Source of the DNA: Deltaproteobacteria bacterium | GTDB taxonomy: Bacteria; Myxococcota_A; UBA796; UBA2385 | Reading direction: 5' to 3' | Assembly (NCBI GenBank): GCA_016792625.1 | Contig: JAEUKK010000027.1 | Span: forward strand, 78,424 to 142,423 | DNA: 64,000 nt | In this document: one piece after another, positions 28,101-35,484 of the stretch | How positions within the stretch are numbered: the first letter of the stretch is position 1 | Layout: each line of letters begins with the position of its first letter | Program-made: the position numbers and the translations under genes | The notes under the pieces: generated by a model | Databases searched by the model: none | The model's input: the letters and a program-made list of their open reading frames with translations, nothing else | Told to the model about the DNA's origin: nothing

Positions 28101-30788
28101 CAGGGCCATACCCTCGCCGCGGGGCAGCAGGGTCAGCTCGACCGCGGCCTTGTTCACCGCGAAGCGGTGCTGGCCGAACTTGATGAGCTCGGCGCCCTCG
28201 TCGAAGAGGTCGAGCTTGTCGCGAATGACCCGCAGGGCGTTGGCCCGCACGGCGAGCAGGCGGCCAGCGAGGTCTTCGGACTTGACGCTGTCGCCGAGGG
28301 CGGCGAGCTGCTCGCTGATCTGGCGGACCTTCTGCACCATCGGGTCGCTGGCATACCAGGCAGCCAGCTCACGTTCGGCGGCAAAACCGCGGGCCCGCCG
28401 GTTGAGCCCCTCGAGGATGCGCGCCGCGGCGCTGATCAGGGCCTCGACCCGGCGCTGGCGCTCCTCGGTGAGCTGCTGGCGGCGGGCCTCAAATGCGTCG
28501 CTGACCTCTTCTCGTTTGTTGGCGATGTCAGCCAGGAAGGTGTCGAACTCGCCGAAGCGCCCCTCGAGCTCTTCGAGCTGCACCATGAGGCGGCCGCGTT
28601 GGGCGTCGCAGGCCTCGGGGGTGTCGGAGAGGCTGAGCGCGCTGCTGACCCCCTGGGCCAACAGCTTGAACTGGGCGGAGAACTCGGCCTGGGCCTCGAC
28701 CCGCCCGAGCTCACGTTTGCGGTTGTCGAGCAGGGCCCGCACCCGGTTGAGCTGGGCGAAGACCTCCGAGATGCGCTCGAGGATGGCCGTGCGCTGCACC
28801 GGGTCGCCGACCTCGAGCCCGCCGACCACCTCGGTGAGCAGGTTGAGGCCCTGGGCGGTGCGGTCGACGTCGGTGGCCACCTCTGCGCCCTCGGCGGCGC
28901 GCTTGAGCTGGGGCAGGCGGGCCTCGACGGCGCGGATCTGGTCGGTGATCCCGCTCAGGGCGGCGGGCTGCTGCAAGAAGCTGACGACCCCCACCGAGAG
29001 CGCGCCCTGGGCGGCGATGGTGGCCGCTTCGAGGGCGTCGAGGGCGGCCCGGTCGACCAAGCGCAGCTCTTTGAGGGTGATGAGCTTGCCCCTGTGCTCT
29101 CGCAGGCGGGCCATTCCGTCCATGAACGCGGGCAGGTCGGCCATGACCTCGGCGCGGCAGTCGAGCAACAGGCGGTCTTGTTCGGCGGTCGCACCTTCGA
29201 CCGCCTCTTTGGCCCGCCGCTGCAGGGCCTGCAGCTTCTCGAACTCGTCGATGATCAGCTCGGCGTTGCGCCGGGCCTGCTCGAGCCCGCGGCGGAGCTG
29301 GCCGTCGACCACCGCGCCGAGCCAGTGGAAGTGATCGATGACCCGGGTGGTCGCGCGGACCAAGTCCTCAAAAACGGGGCGGGAGGGGCTGAGGTTGCCC
29401 AGCTGGCGCGCGATGGCCAGCACCTCGCTCAGGCCGCGGACCAGATCGGCGTTCCCAATGCGGCCCAGCGGGCCGGCAGGTGCGGGCGTGTTCGCGTGGT
29501 GCTCGTCGCTGGTGAAGGGGGTCCGCCAGATTTGGAGCGGGTGCACCCGCGTCGGCTCTTCGGACTCGGCGCGGAAGATGACCAGCCGCCCGTCATCAAA
29601 GAGGCTGTAGCCGTGGCCGCCGATGGGTGTGGCGACCTCTTGCCGGATCAGGTTGTAGGGCAGGAGGACATAGACCCCCGTCTCTTCCCGGTGGAAGACA
29701 TAGAGGACGTCTTCGCCGTTGGGCGCCCGCACCATGCGCTTGAAGATGAGGCCCTCGGGCCGCTCATCGAAGATCCGAGAGACCCCCGACCGCAGGTAAT
29801 ATCCCCCGGGGAAGATGATGCCGTGGTCCTCGGGCAGCTGCACGCAGGCCTGGCCGATCGCGTCAATGCGGCGGACCTCACGGTTGCGGGTGTTGAACAA
29901 GAGGGTGCGGGTCTGCTCTTCGCCGAAGGGGCGGATACTGAGCAGCACGATGTTCCCGACCAGCGCGTACTTGATCTGCGCGTCGTCGAGGCTCTGGTGG
30001 GGGTCGTTGACCGGCTCGGCGTAGATGCCCTTGCCGGTCTTCGTGTTGTTCTCGACCTTGATGGTCAGGTCGCCGCCGATGGTCTCGACGAAGACCTTGT
30101 CGGCGATGTTGACGTGGGGGTGGTCGCCGAGCTCGTGGTCTTCGCGGGTGGTCGTGACCCAGTCGAAGTCGTGGGGCGGCGGGAAGGTGTGGTCCCGCTC
30201 GCCGCGGTTGTCGATGTAGCGCGGGCGGACGCCGGGCAGCATCTCCCAGCGGAAGACGCGCAGGTCGTCGGCCCGCTCGCCGATGCGAAAGACCGCCAGC
30301 AGCTTGTTGTCGAGCTTGCGAAGGGTGACCACCCGCGCGTCGCGGTAGTATTGGTAGAGCTCTTTAAATTGCGTGACGAAGCTCGGGTCGCTCAGCAGGC
30401 CCTCTTCGTCCTCGGCGGCGCCCAGATCCCAGCCCTCGGGCCCCTCGACGATGCGGTGCAGGCTGAACACGTCGCTGATCTGCACCTCGCGCTTGAGCGC
30501 GAAGCGCACGTTGTAGGCCAGCAGCAGCTTGCCGTTGACGTTCACGATGTTGCGCGGCACACACTTGTGCTCGGTGCGCACGCGCTCGTTGCCGATGACC
30601 ACTAGCTCTTGCCCGCCGAAGGTCTCTTTGCGCTGGGTGTTGAGCCCGTCGGCGAGCTGCAGCAGGGTCCGGGCGTCCTCTTCGAGGCGGGCACGCAGCA
30701 GGTCGTAGTTGCCGCCCTCGAGCTTCGGGGCGCCGCCCTGGGGGGCGGCGGCGGGCGCGGGTGCAGGGGGCGCGGGATCGGTGGCCAT
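25185..30788 (-). CDS. Giant (1867 aa) coiled-coil protein with a single MoxR/AAA_5-like AAA+ ATPase module; function unknown
   Basis: Uninterrupted ORF from the ATG at 30788. Walker A GLLLLISPPGYGKTTLMEY (near 26850-26880 on the minus strand). Walker B VMLYLDDIQHTNPE. FCVVMAGNPYTETG is typical of AAA_5/MoxR. Beta-rich N-terminal domain of about 480 aa; long helical/coiled-coil regions either side of the ATPase. No transmembrane segment. Confidence 0.8.
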   Translation of the reverse strand: MATDPAPPAPAPAAAPQGGAPKLEGGNYDLLRARLEEDARTLLQLADGLNTQRKETFGGQELVVIGNERVRTEHKCVPRNIVNVNGKLLLAYNVRFALKREVQISDVFSLHRIVEGPEGWDLGAAEDEEGLLSDPSFVTQFKELYQYYRDARVVTLRKLDNKLLAVFRIGERADDLRVFRWEMLPGVRPRYIDNRGERDHTFPPPHDFDWVTTTREDHELGDHPHVNIADKVFVETIGGDLTIKVENNTKTGKGIYAEPVNDPHQSLDDAQIKYALVGNIVLLSIRPFGEEQTRTLLFNTRNREVRRIDAIGQACVQLPEDHGIIFPGGYYLRSGVSRIFDERPEGLIFKRMVRAPNGEDVLYVFHREETGVYVLLPYNLIRQEVATPIGGHGYSLFDDGRLVIFRAESEEPTRVHPLQIWRTPFTSDEHHANTPAPAGPLGRIGNADLVRGLSEVLAIARQLGNLSPSRPVFEDLVRATTRVIDHFHWLGAVVDGQLRRGLEQARRNAELIIDEFEKLQALQRRAKEAVEGATAEQDRLLLDCRAEVMADLPAFMDGMARLREHRGKLITLKELRLVDRAALDALEAATIAAQGALSVGVVSFLQQPAALSGITDQIRAVEARLPQLKRAAEGAEVATDVDRTAQGLNLLTEVVGGLEVGDPVQRTAILERISEVFAQLNRVRALLDNRKRELGRVEAQAEFSAQFKLLAQGVSSALSLSDTPEACDAQRGRLMVQLEELEGRFGEFDTFLADIANKREEVSDAFEARRQQLTEERQRRVEALISAAARILEGLNRRARGFAAERELAAWYASDPMVQKVRQISEQLAALGDSVKSEDLAGRLLAVRANALRVIRDKLDLFDEGAELIKFGQHRFAVNKAAVELTLLPRGEGMALHLTGTGYYEEVTDPELLSTRPFWSMAVASEDAEVYRAEFLAHALLRAAEAGTGGLSVAALEEALLVEGGLLERVRAFAATRYDEGYERGVHDADAAAILEKLLGLRRSVGLLRFSASARALGALWWATLSDREQRAALHRQAVAAARLIAAFPQAPARGALTAALAGVIGPWARDRLPSTPWVTEVVPEAAAYLAEELAAERPRFVLSAAASALLSALQARLDAARQRAALEEDLRALDADLGARLGLVESWLDALVRYGGDPKLIEHSFAAREAAVALITDRSLDRAPSAVALELEISGLLGQHARVQGGKLRLRADELGPRLERFCAVQVPGFAALRAARHGVVERARKALRLDELKPKPMTSFVRNRLINEVYLPLIGNNLAKQLGAAGAGKRTDTMGLLLLISPPGYGKTTLMEYVANVLGLVFMKVNGPSIGHAVTSLDPEQAPDATARQEVEKINLAFEMGENVMLYLDDIQHTNPELLQKFISLCDGTRRVEGIWKGKSRTYDLKGKKFCVVMAGNPYTETGARFQIPDMLANRADTYNLGDILGGRQDLFGLSYIENCLTSNPVLAPLAARPLADLYFLLDRAHGVEIDQTKLSADTSAAEQEEIGAVLLRMERVRETLLKVNAEYIRSAGVDDKFRTEPPFKLQGSYRNMAKLSEKIASAMTPDEVERLVDDHYVGESQTLTTGAESNLLKLAVLRGRATPAQQERWAAICKEFARQRLMGGSDQDPVARVTGTLTGLGASLDRIDEALRAPGADRAAVALGAALTPPLDALRAEVGALRAAAPAAQAPLTAALDAARAEAAALARALPQALAEALRGVVPTPSSAPAAANTSTTPISTPWLIPDLEVGAEADMVMRHAILAEVQRALVAYGRMQAGAQRQLRAGEYVLSGALPVMQALAALVTEQVRQRLPPGEQAAFLDELRRGIAKAISQLGQATGEQVDPAAVQLPLDPPSSERPTST

Positions 30789-30922
30789 GGCACGCTCAAA
30801 GGCACGGGGATGGGCGCCGGCTGGCGCCGTGGGGCGCGCGGCTGCGGGGGGTCAAGCCCCCGCACGCGGGTGCGGACGCCACGGTCCGGGGTGGTCCGGC
30901 CGGGTGGGCGCCCGCGCAGACC

Positions 30923-33079
30923 TCAGCGCTGCTCGCCGAGGCCCAGGGCCTTGGCTTCGGCGAGCAGGCCGGCCAGCTTCTCTTTGGCCGGGCCCTCGGC
31001 GCGGTCCATCATGCGGGCGATGACCGCGGCCAGGGTGCTCTGGGTGACGAGGCCGGTGAGGTTGGTCTCGGTGCCGCTGGTGGCCGCCTCGAGCACCTTT
31101 TGCGCCGAGCCATTGCCGTCGACCAGGCCGTCGAAGGCCGCGCCGAGGCCAGCGGCCTGGGTGAAGCGCTCGATGAACTGGCTCTCGCCGCCGATGATCT
31201 TGATGTCGGCGCTCTTGAATGCCTCGGCGAGGATGCGGGACTGGCTCTCGGCGATGGCCTTCTGGGCGTCGAGCTTGGCGATGGTGACCGCCTTGGCCTG
31301 CTCGAGGCGCAGGCGGAACTCCTCGTGGTCGCGCGCGCTGCCCTCCATCGCCTTCATCGCGCTCAGCTTCTCGGCGAGGCCGGCCGCCTCGGCCGACATC
31401 TTGCTGCGAATGACCGCCGCCTCGGCCTGGCCGGCCTTCTCGATCGCCACCGCCTCGGCCTCGCGCGCCTGGACCTCGGCGAGGCGCCGGGCCTTGAGCG
31501 CGTCGGCCTCGGCCACGCCGAGCTCGCGGGTGGCCTCGGCTTTGGACCGCCCCTCGGCCTGAATGAGGCCGATGTGCAGCTCTTTGACCTTGACGTCGGC
31601 CACGCCGACCTTCTCGTTGCCGTCGGCCTCGGCGGCCATGCGCTCGCGGGTGACCCGGGCTTGGGCCATCCCGAGCTTCTCGGTGGCGAGGGCCTCGGCC
31701 TCTTTCACCCGGGCGCTGGCCAGACCGGCGGCGGCCTCTTGGGCCTGGGTGCCTTCGGCGGCGCGGATCTTGGCTTGGGTCTCTTTCTCGGCTGCTTCAA
31801 GGCTGGCCTGCGCGGCCACGAGGCGCTCGCGGGCCTTGAACTCGGCGACCTTCTCTTGGGCCTCGGCGCTCTTGATGTCTTTGACCAACTTCTCTTGGGC
31901 CTCACCCTCGGCGAGGGTGACCTTGACGTCGCGGGTGCGGCCGGCCTCGGCCATGGCGCGCATGGTCTTGATGCGCTCCTCTTCTTCGGCCACGGTCTTG
32001 TCGACGACGATGCGGCCGCGGATCACGTCGGCGATGTTCTTCTTCTCGACCTCGAGCGCCTTCTCCTTCTCGATGCGCTGCAGCTCGACCGCGCGCTCCC
32101 GGGCCAAGATCTCCAGCTGGCGCTCCTTGGCCACCTGCTCGGTCTTGATCGCGACCACGCGCTCCTTGTCCTTTTGGGCGACCTCGACCTGCCGGTCCTT
32201 GTTGACGTTGCCCAGCGCGATCTCCTCGGCGGCCTTGATCCGGGCCAGCTCCGACTTGCGGTGCTCCTCGGCCTGGATCTTCTCGGCTTCGGCCGACTCA
32301 CGCGCCTTGACGCTGGCGATCTCGCGCTGCTGGCGGGCCTCGGCGTCGGCCCGGCGGCGGCCGAGCTCCATCACCGCTTCGTCGGCCTCGAGGTTCTGGC
32401 GGCCTAGCTCTTTGCGCTCGGCTTGGCGCAGGTCATTGGTCTTGACGTTCTGCCCCGCGGTGATCTCGGTGATCTTGCGGATGCCCGAGGCGTCGAGGAT
32501 GTTGTTCTTGTCGAGCTTGTCGAGCGGCGTCTGCTCGAGGTAGTCGATGGCCGCGTCGGTGAGGATGTAGCCCTCGAGGTCACGCCCGATGACGTCGATG
32601 ATCTGGTCCTTGAACACATCGCGCTGGGTGTAGAGCTCTTCGAAGTCGAGGCGTTTGCCCACGGTCTTGAGCGCCTCAGAGAATTTGGCCACAAACAGCT
32701 CTTCGAGGGTGTTCTGGTCGCTGGCCCGCGCGCAGCCGATGCCCTGGGCGACCTTGAGCACGTCCTCGGTGGTCTTGTTCACCTTCACGAAGAAGGTGAC
32801 CTTGATGTCGGCGCGGATGTTGTCTTTGCAGATCAGGCCCTCGTTCCCGCGGCGCTCGATCTCGATGGCCTTGACCGAGATGTTCATCACCTCCCACCGG
32901 TGGAAGATGGGGAGCACGACCCCGCCGGTGAAGGTGACCACGGGCTGGTCCTGCATCTTGTTGATGATGAGGGCAGAGCCTTGGTCGACCTTGCGGTAGC
33001 AGCTCGCGACGAAGGCGAGGATGCCGCCCCCGATCAGCAGCGCGAAGACGACGATGACGATGATTGCGGTGGTTCCCAT
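30923..33079 (-). CDS. Flotillin / SPFH (band 7) family protein, YqiK/FloT-like
   Basis: N-terminal TM anchor IIVIVVFALLIGGGILAFVA, then an SPFH domain, then a very long Glu/Ala/Lys-rich coiled coil (EA repeats) typical of flotillins. RBS GAGGAG upstream of the ATG. Confidence 0.85.
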   Translation of the reverse strand: MGTTAIIVIVVFALLIGGGILAFVASCYRKVDQGSALIINKMQDQPVVTFTGGVVLPIFHRWEVMNISVKAIEIERRGNEGLICKDNIRADIKVTFFVKVNKTTEDVLKVAQGIGCARASDQNTLEELFVAKFSEALKTVGKRLDFEELYTQRDVFKDQIIDVIGRDLEGYILTDAAIDYLEQTPLDKLDKNNILDASGIRKITEITAGQNVKTNDLRQAERKELGRQNLEADEAVMELGRRRADAEARQQREIASVKARESAEAEKIQAEEHRKSELARIKAAEEIALGNVNKDRQVEVAQKDKERVVAIKTEQVAKERQLEILARERAVELQRIEKEKALEVEKKNIADVIRGRIVVDKTVAEEEERIKTMRAMAEAGRTRDVKVTLAEGEAQEKLVKDIKSAEAQEKVAEFKARERLVAAQASLEAAEKETQAKIRAAEGTQAQEAAAGLASARVKEAEALATEKLGMAQARVTRERMAAEADGNEKVGVADVKVKELHIGLIQAEGRSKAEATRELGVAEADALKARRLAEVQAREAEAVAIEKAGQAEAAVIRSKMSAEAAGLAEKLSAMKAMEGSARDHEEFRLRLEQAKAVTIAKLDAQKAIAESQSRILAEAFKSADIKIIGGESQFIERFTQAAGLGAAFDGLVDGNGSAQKVLEAATSGTETNLTGLVTQSTLAAVIARMMDRAEGPAKEKLAGLLAEAKALGLGEQR

Positions 33080-33150
33080 GGCTCCTCAGGGGTACGGGGC
33101 GGTGATCGAGGCGAAGGAGAAAATAGGGGGAGGGTGGCTCGGCGCGTGAC

Positions 33151-33882
33151 TCAGCGCGTGGTCTGCGCCGGGGTGGCCCGTCGGGCGGAGGTGCGGGGCG
33201 CCGGCCCGCCCGGGTGGAGGGGCTCGATGACGAAGGCCTCGCGGGCGGGGTCGAAGTGCACGAGCAGCGCCTCATCACCCTTCTGCAGGCTGTTTTCATG
33301 ATCGCAGCGCACCTGAACCACCAGCAGGCTGCCCCCGTCGTCGATCTCGGCCTGGCCGAAGCGGCCGTCGACGCGCAGGGTCGAGAGGCGGCAGGCGCGC
33401 CCGATGAGCTCAGCGCGGCGGCGGGCGGGGCGCTCAGCGAAGACCGGGCCCAGCGGGCGGGCGGCGAGCGACCCGAGGACGACCCCGACCGCGAGGCTGC
33501 CCAGGCTCACCAGCCCGGCGGTGAGGCCCGCGGGCAGCGCGCCCGCCAACAGGGGGGCCCCCCAGGCCATGCCGCAGAAGCTGGCGATCCAGCCGAAGAA
33601 GATGACGAAGCTCAGCGCGACGGTGAGGGGGACCTGGCGCAGGCCCAGCACCTGCAGCAGCTTGGCGAGGCCGCTGATCCCCTCGACCGCCCCCTCGTGG
33701 CCCTGGGCGCCGTCGAGGTGAACATCGATGTCGACGTCAATGTCGCCGCTGCCGTCGATGTGCCAGATGTCGATGTCGAGGGCCCCGGCGATGACCAGCA
33801 GCCAGTAGAGGCCCACCACGAGCAGCGCCGCGGACCAGACCGCGGTGGGCAGGGCGAAGGCGACGTTGAGGAAGTCCATCAT
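33151..33882 (-). CDS. NfeD/YqiJ-like membrane protein (flotillin partner, C-terminal OB-fold)
   Basis: Several TM helices, then a C-terminal beta domain (RLSTLRVDGRFGQAEIDDGGSLLVVQVRCD ... GDEALLVHFDPAREAFVIEPL). Lies directly upstream of flotillin, as in yqiJ-yqiK / nfeD-floT operons. Confidence 0.6.
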   Translation of the reverse strand: MMDFLNVAFALPTAVWSAALLVVGLYWLLVIAGALDIDIWHIDGSGDIDVDIDVHLDGAQGHEGAVEGISGLAKLLQVLGLRQVPLTVALSFVIFFGWIASFCGMAWGAPLLAGALPAGLTAGLVSLGSLAVGVVLGSLAARPLGPVFAERPARRRAELIGRACRLSTLRVDGRFGQAEIDDGGSLLVVQVRCDHENSLQKGDEALLVHFDPAREAFVIEPLHPGGPAPRTSARRATPAQTTR

Positions 33883-33959
33883 CGCGGGCGGCGCCTGGGG
33901 AGCGGGGCGGGTGCGGGCGGAGCGGCCGCGGGGGCAGGGTATTGCCGCACGCGGGCCGT

Positions 33960-34472
33960 CTATTGCCTTGGGTTGGCGGGTGTTGTCGTCGGGCGGAGCT
34001 GTTCGAGCAGGCCCCGGCCCGCCCGCAGGCAGAGGTCGTGGACGAGCGCGAAGCCCTCCGGGCCACCGTAGTAGGGGTCGGGGACCTCAGCCCCCGGCGG
34101 CGAGAGGGGGTCGAAGCTGCGCAGCAGGGCGAGCCGCGCGCGGGGCTTGGCCGGCGCGCGGGCCCGCAGCGCCTCGAGGTTGTGCGCGTCGAGCGCGATG
34201 ATCCAGTCGAAGCGCTGAAAGTCATCGGGCCGCAGCCCCCGGGCGCGGTGGCGCAGGGCGAGCCCGCGGCGGGCCGCTTCGGCCGCGCTGCGGGGGTCGG
34301 GCGCCTCGCCGGCGTGCAGGTCGATGGTGCCCGCGCTGTCGATGTCGAAGCGCGACCCGAGCCCTTCCGCGGCGACCAGGTCGGCGAAGATGGCCTCTGC
34401 GACGGGGCTTCGGCAGATGTTGCCCATGCACACGAAGAGCACGCCCAGGCGCTCGCCCGCTCCGCTCGTCAT
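33960..34472 (-). CDS. Low-molecular-weight protein tyrosine phosphatase
   Basis: P-loop VLFVCMGNICRSPVAE (CX5R) and the DPYYG motif. The ORF 33960..34517 is trimmed to MTSGAGERLGVLFV. Confidence 0.8.
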   Translation of the reverse strand: MTSGAGERLGVLFVCMGNICRSPVAEAIFADLVAAEGLGSRFDIDSAGTIDLHAGEAPDPRSAAEAARRGLALRHRARGLRPDDFQRFDWIIALDAHNLEALRARAPAKPRARLALLRSFDPLSPPGAEVPDPYYGGPEGFALVHDLCLRAGRGLLEQLRPTTTPANPRQ

Positions 34473-34549
34473 CCGGCCTCCTCGGCGCCGACCGGGCGCC
34501 CCCCGGCGCAATAGCATGGGGCGCCCGCCCGCCGCCCGGAGCTGCGACC

Positions 34550-35338
34550 ATGGCCCCGTCCCCGCGCGCCCAGCGCCGGCGCATCGTCGGCTTCGCCGTG
34601 CACTTCCTGGTGTTCACCGCGCTGCTGCTGCTCTCGCGCGGGCGCATCCCCGGGCCTGCCGCCGCGGCCTGGTGGGGTCTGGGCCTGGGCATCCACGGCG
34701 TGGTCGCGCTGTTGCCCGTGATCCTGAGCCAGCTCAGCCTGCGCGCCGCGGCCGTGCCCGAGCCGCAGCCCTCCGGGCCGATCGTCCGGCCGGCCCGCGG
34801 GGTGGCCCGGGGCTTCTGGGCCGAGGCCGGCGTGCTCATCGACGCCTTGGAACAGCAGCGCCGCGACGGCGGCCTGCACCCTCGGCTCGACTTCGCCGGG
34901 CTGCGCGAGGCCGTGCTCGACCTGCACCACCGGGCCGACGGCCTCGCCGGCCTGGGCGACGAGGGCGACCTGCTGCAGCTCAGCGTGCAACAAGAAGAGG
35001 CCGCCGAGCGGGCCCGGGCCGCCTCTGACGAGACCAGCGCCGAAGCTTTTGAGCAAGAGGCGCTGGCGATCGCCCACCGTAAAAGCAGTCTCGAGGCGGC
35101 GATCCGCACGCGGGTCAGGCTGCAGGCCCGGCAGCGCACCCTGCTGCACCAGCTGCAGTCGCTGCGGGCCTCGGGCGCCCACGCCTTGGCGGGCGCGGCC
35201 CAGGGGGCGGAGGAGGAGCTCAACGCCGAGGCGGAGCAGCTGCTCGAGGAGCTTCAGGCGAACCGCGAGGTCGAAGAGGAGCTCGCCCGCGGCCGCCGGA
35301 GCGCCAGCCGGGCCCGCCGCGCGCCCGAGGGCAGCTGA
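34550..35338 (+). CDS. Hypothetical membrane protein with a C-terminal coiled coil
   Basis: Two N-terminal hydrophobic helices (IVGFAVHFLVFTALLLL; WWGLGLGIHGVVALLPVIL), then about 130 aa of predicted coiled coil. Confidence 0.45.
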   Translation: MAPSPRAQRRRIVGFAVHFLVFTALLLLSRGRIPGPAAAAWWGLGLGIHGVVALLPVILSQLSLRAAAVPEPQPSGPIVRPARGVARGFWAEAGVLIDALEQQRRDGGLHPRLDFAGLREAVLDLHHRADGLAGLGDEGDLLQLSVQQEEAAERARAASDETSAEAFEQEALAIAHRKSSLEAAIRTRVRLQARQRTLLHQLQSLRASGAHALAGAAQGAEEELNAEAEQLLEELQANREVEEELARGRRSASRARRAPEGS

Positions 35339-35484
35339 GCGGCGCCCAACTCGGCTGACCCGACCGGTGCCACGGCCTGCGCTGGCGCAGCAGAACGGGA
35401 CCCTCGTGGTTCTAGCGCAACACCCGGCCTGGTGGCCCAAGACAGGCCGGCGCGCGTGGCATAGCCTCGGCGCGCGAGGTCCCC

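Noticed and set aside
27072-30605. 1177-aa plus-strand ORF
   Set aside because: Lies entirely antisense within the 1867-aa AAA+ gene. The translation is Gly/Ala/Arg/Glu low complexity without motifs. The minus-strand product has clear Walker motifs and a coherent structure.
30761-33079. Plus-strand ORFs 30761..32407 and 31563..32543 plus small minus-strand ORFs inside the flotillin gene
   Set aside because: Antisense or alternative frames of the flotillin coiled-coil region (repetitive GCC/GAG codons give open frames on both strands). The flotillin frame has a TM anchor plus SPFH domain.
34222-35440. Minus-strand ORFs 34222..35223 and 34469..35440
   Set aside because: Antisense to the membrane coiled-coil gene 34550..35338 and to the LMW-PTP gene. 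Arg/Ala-rich composition.
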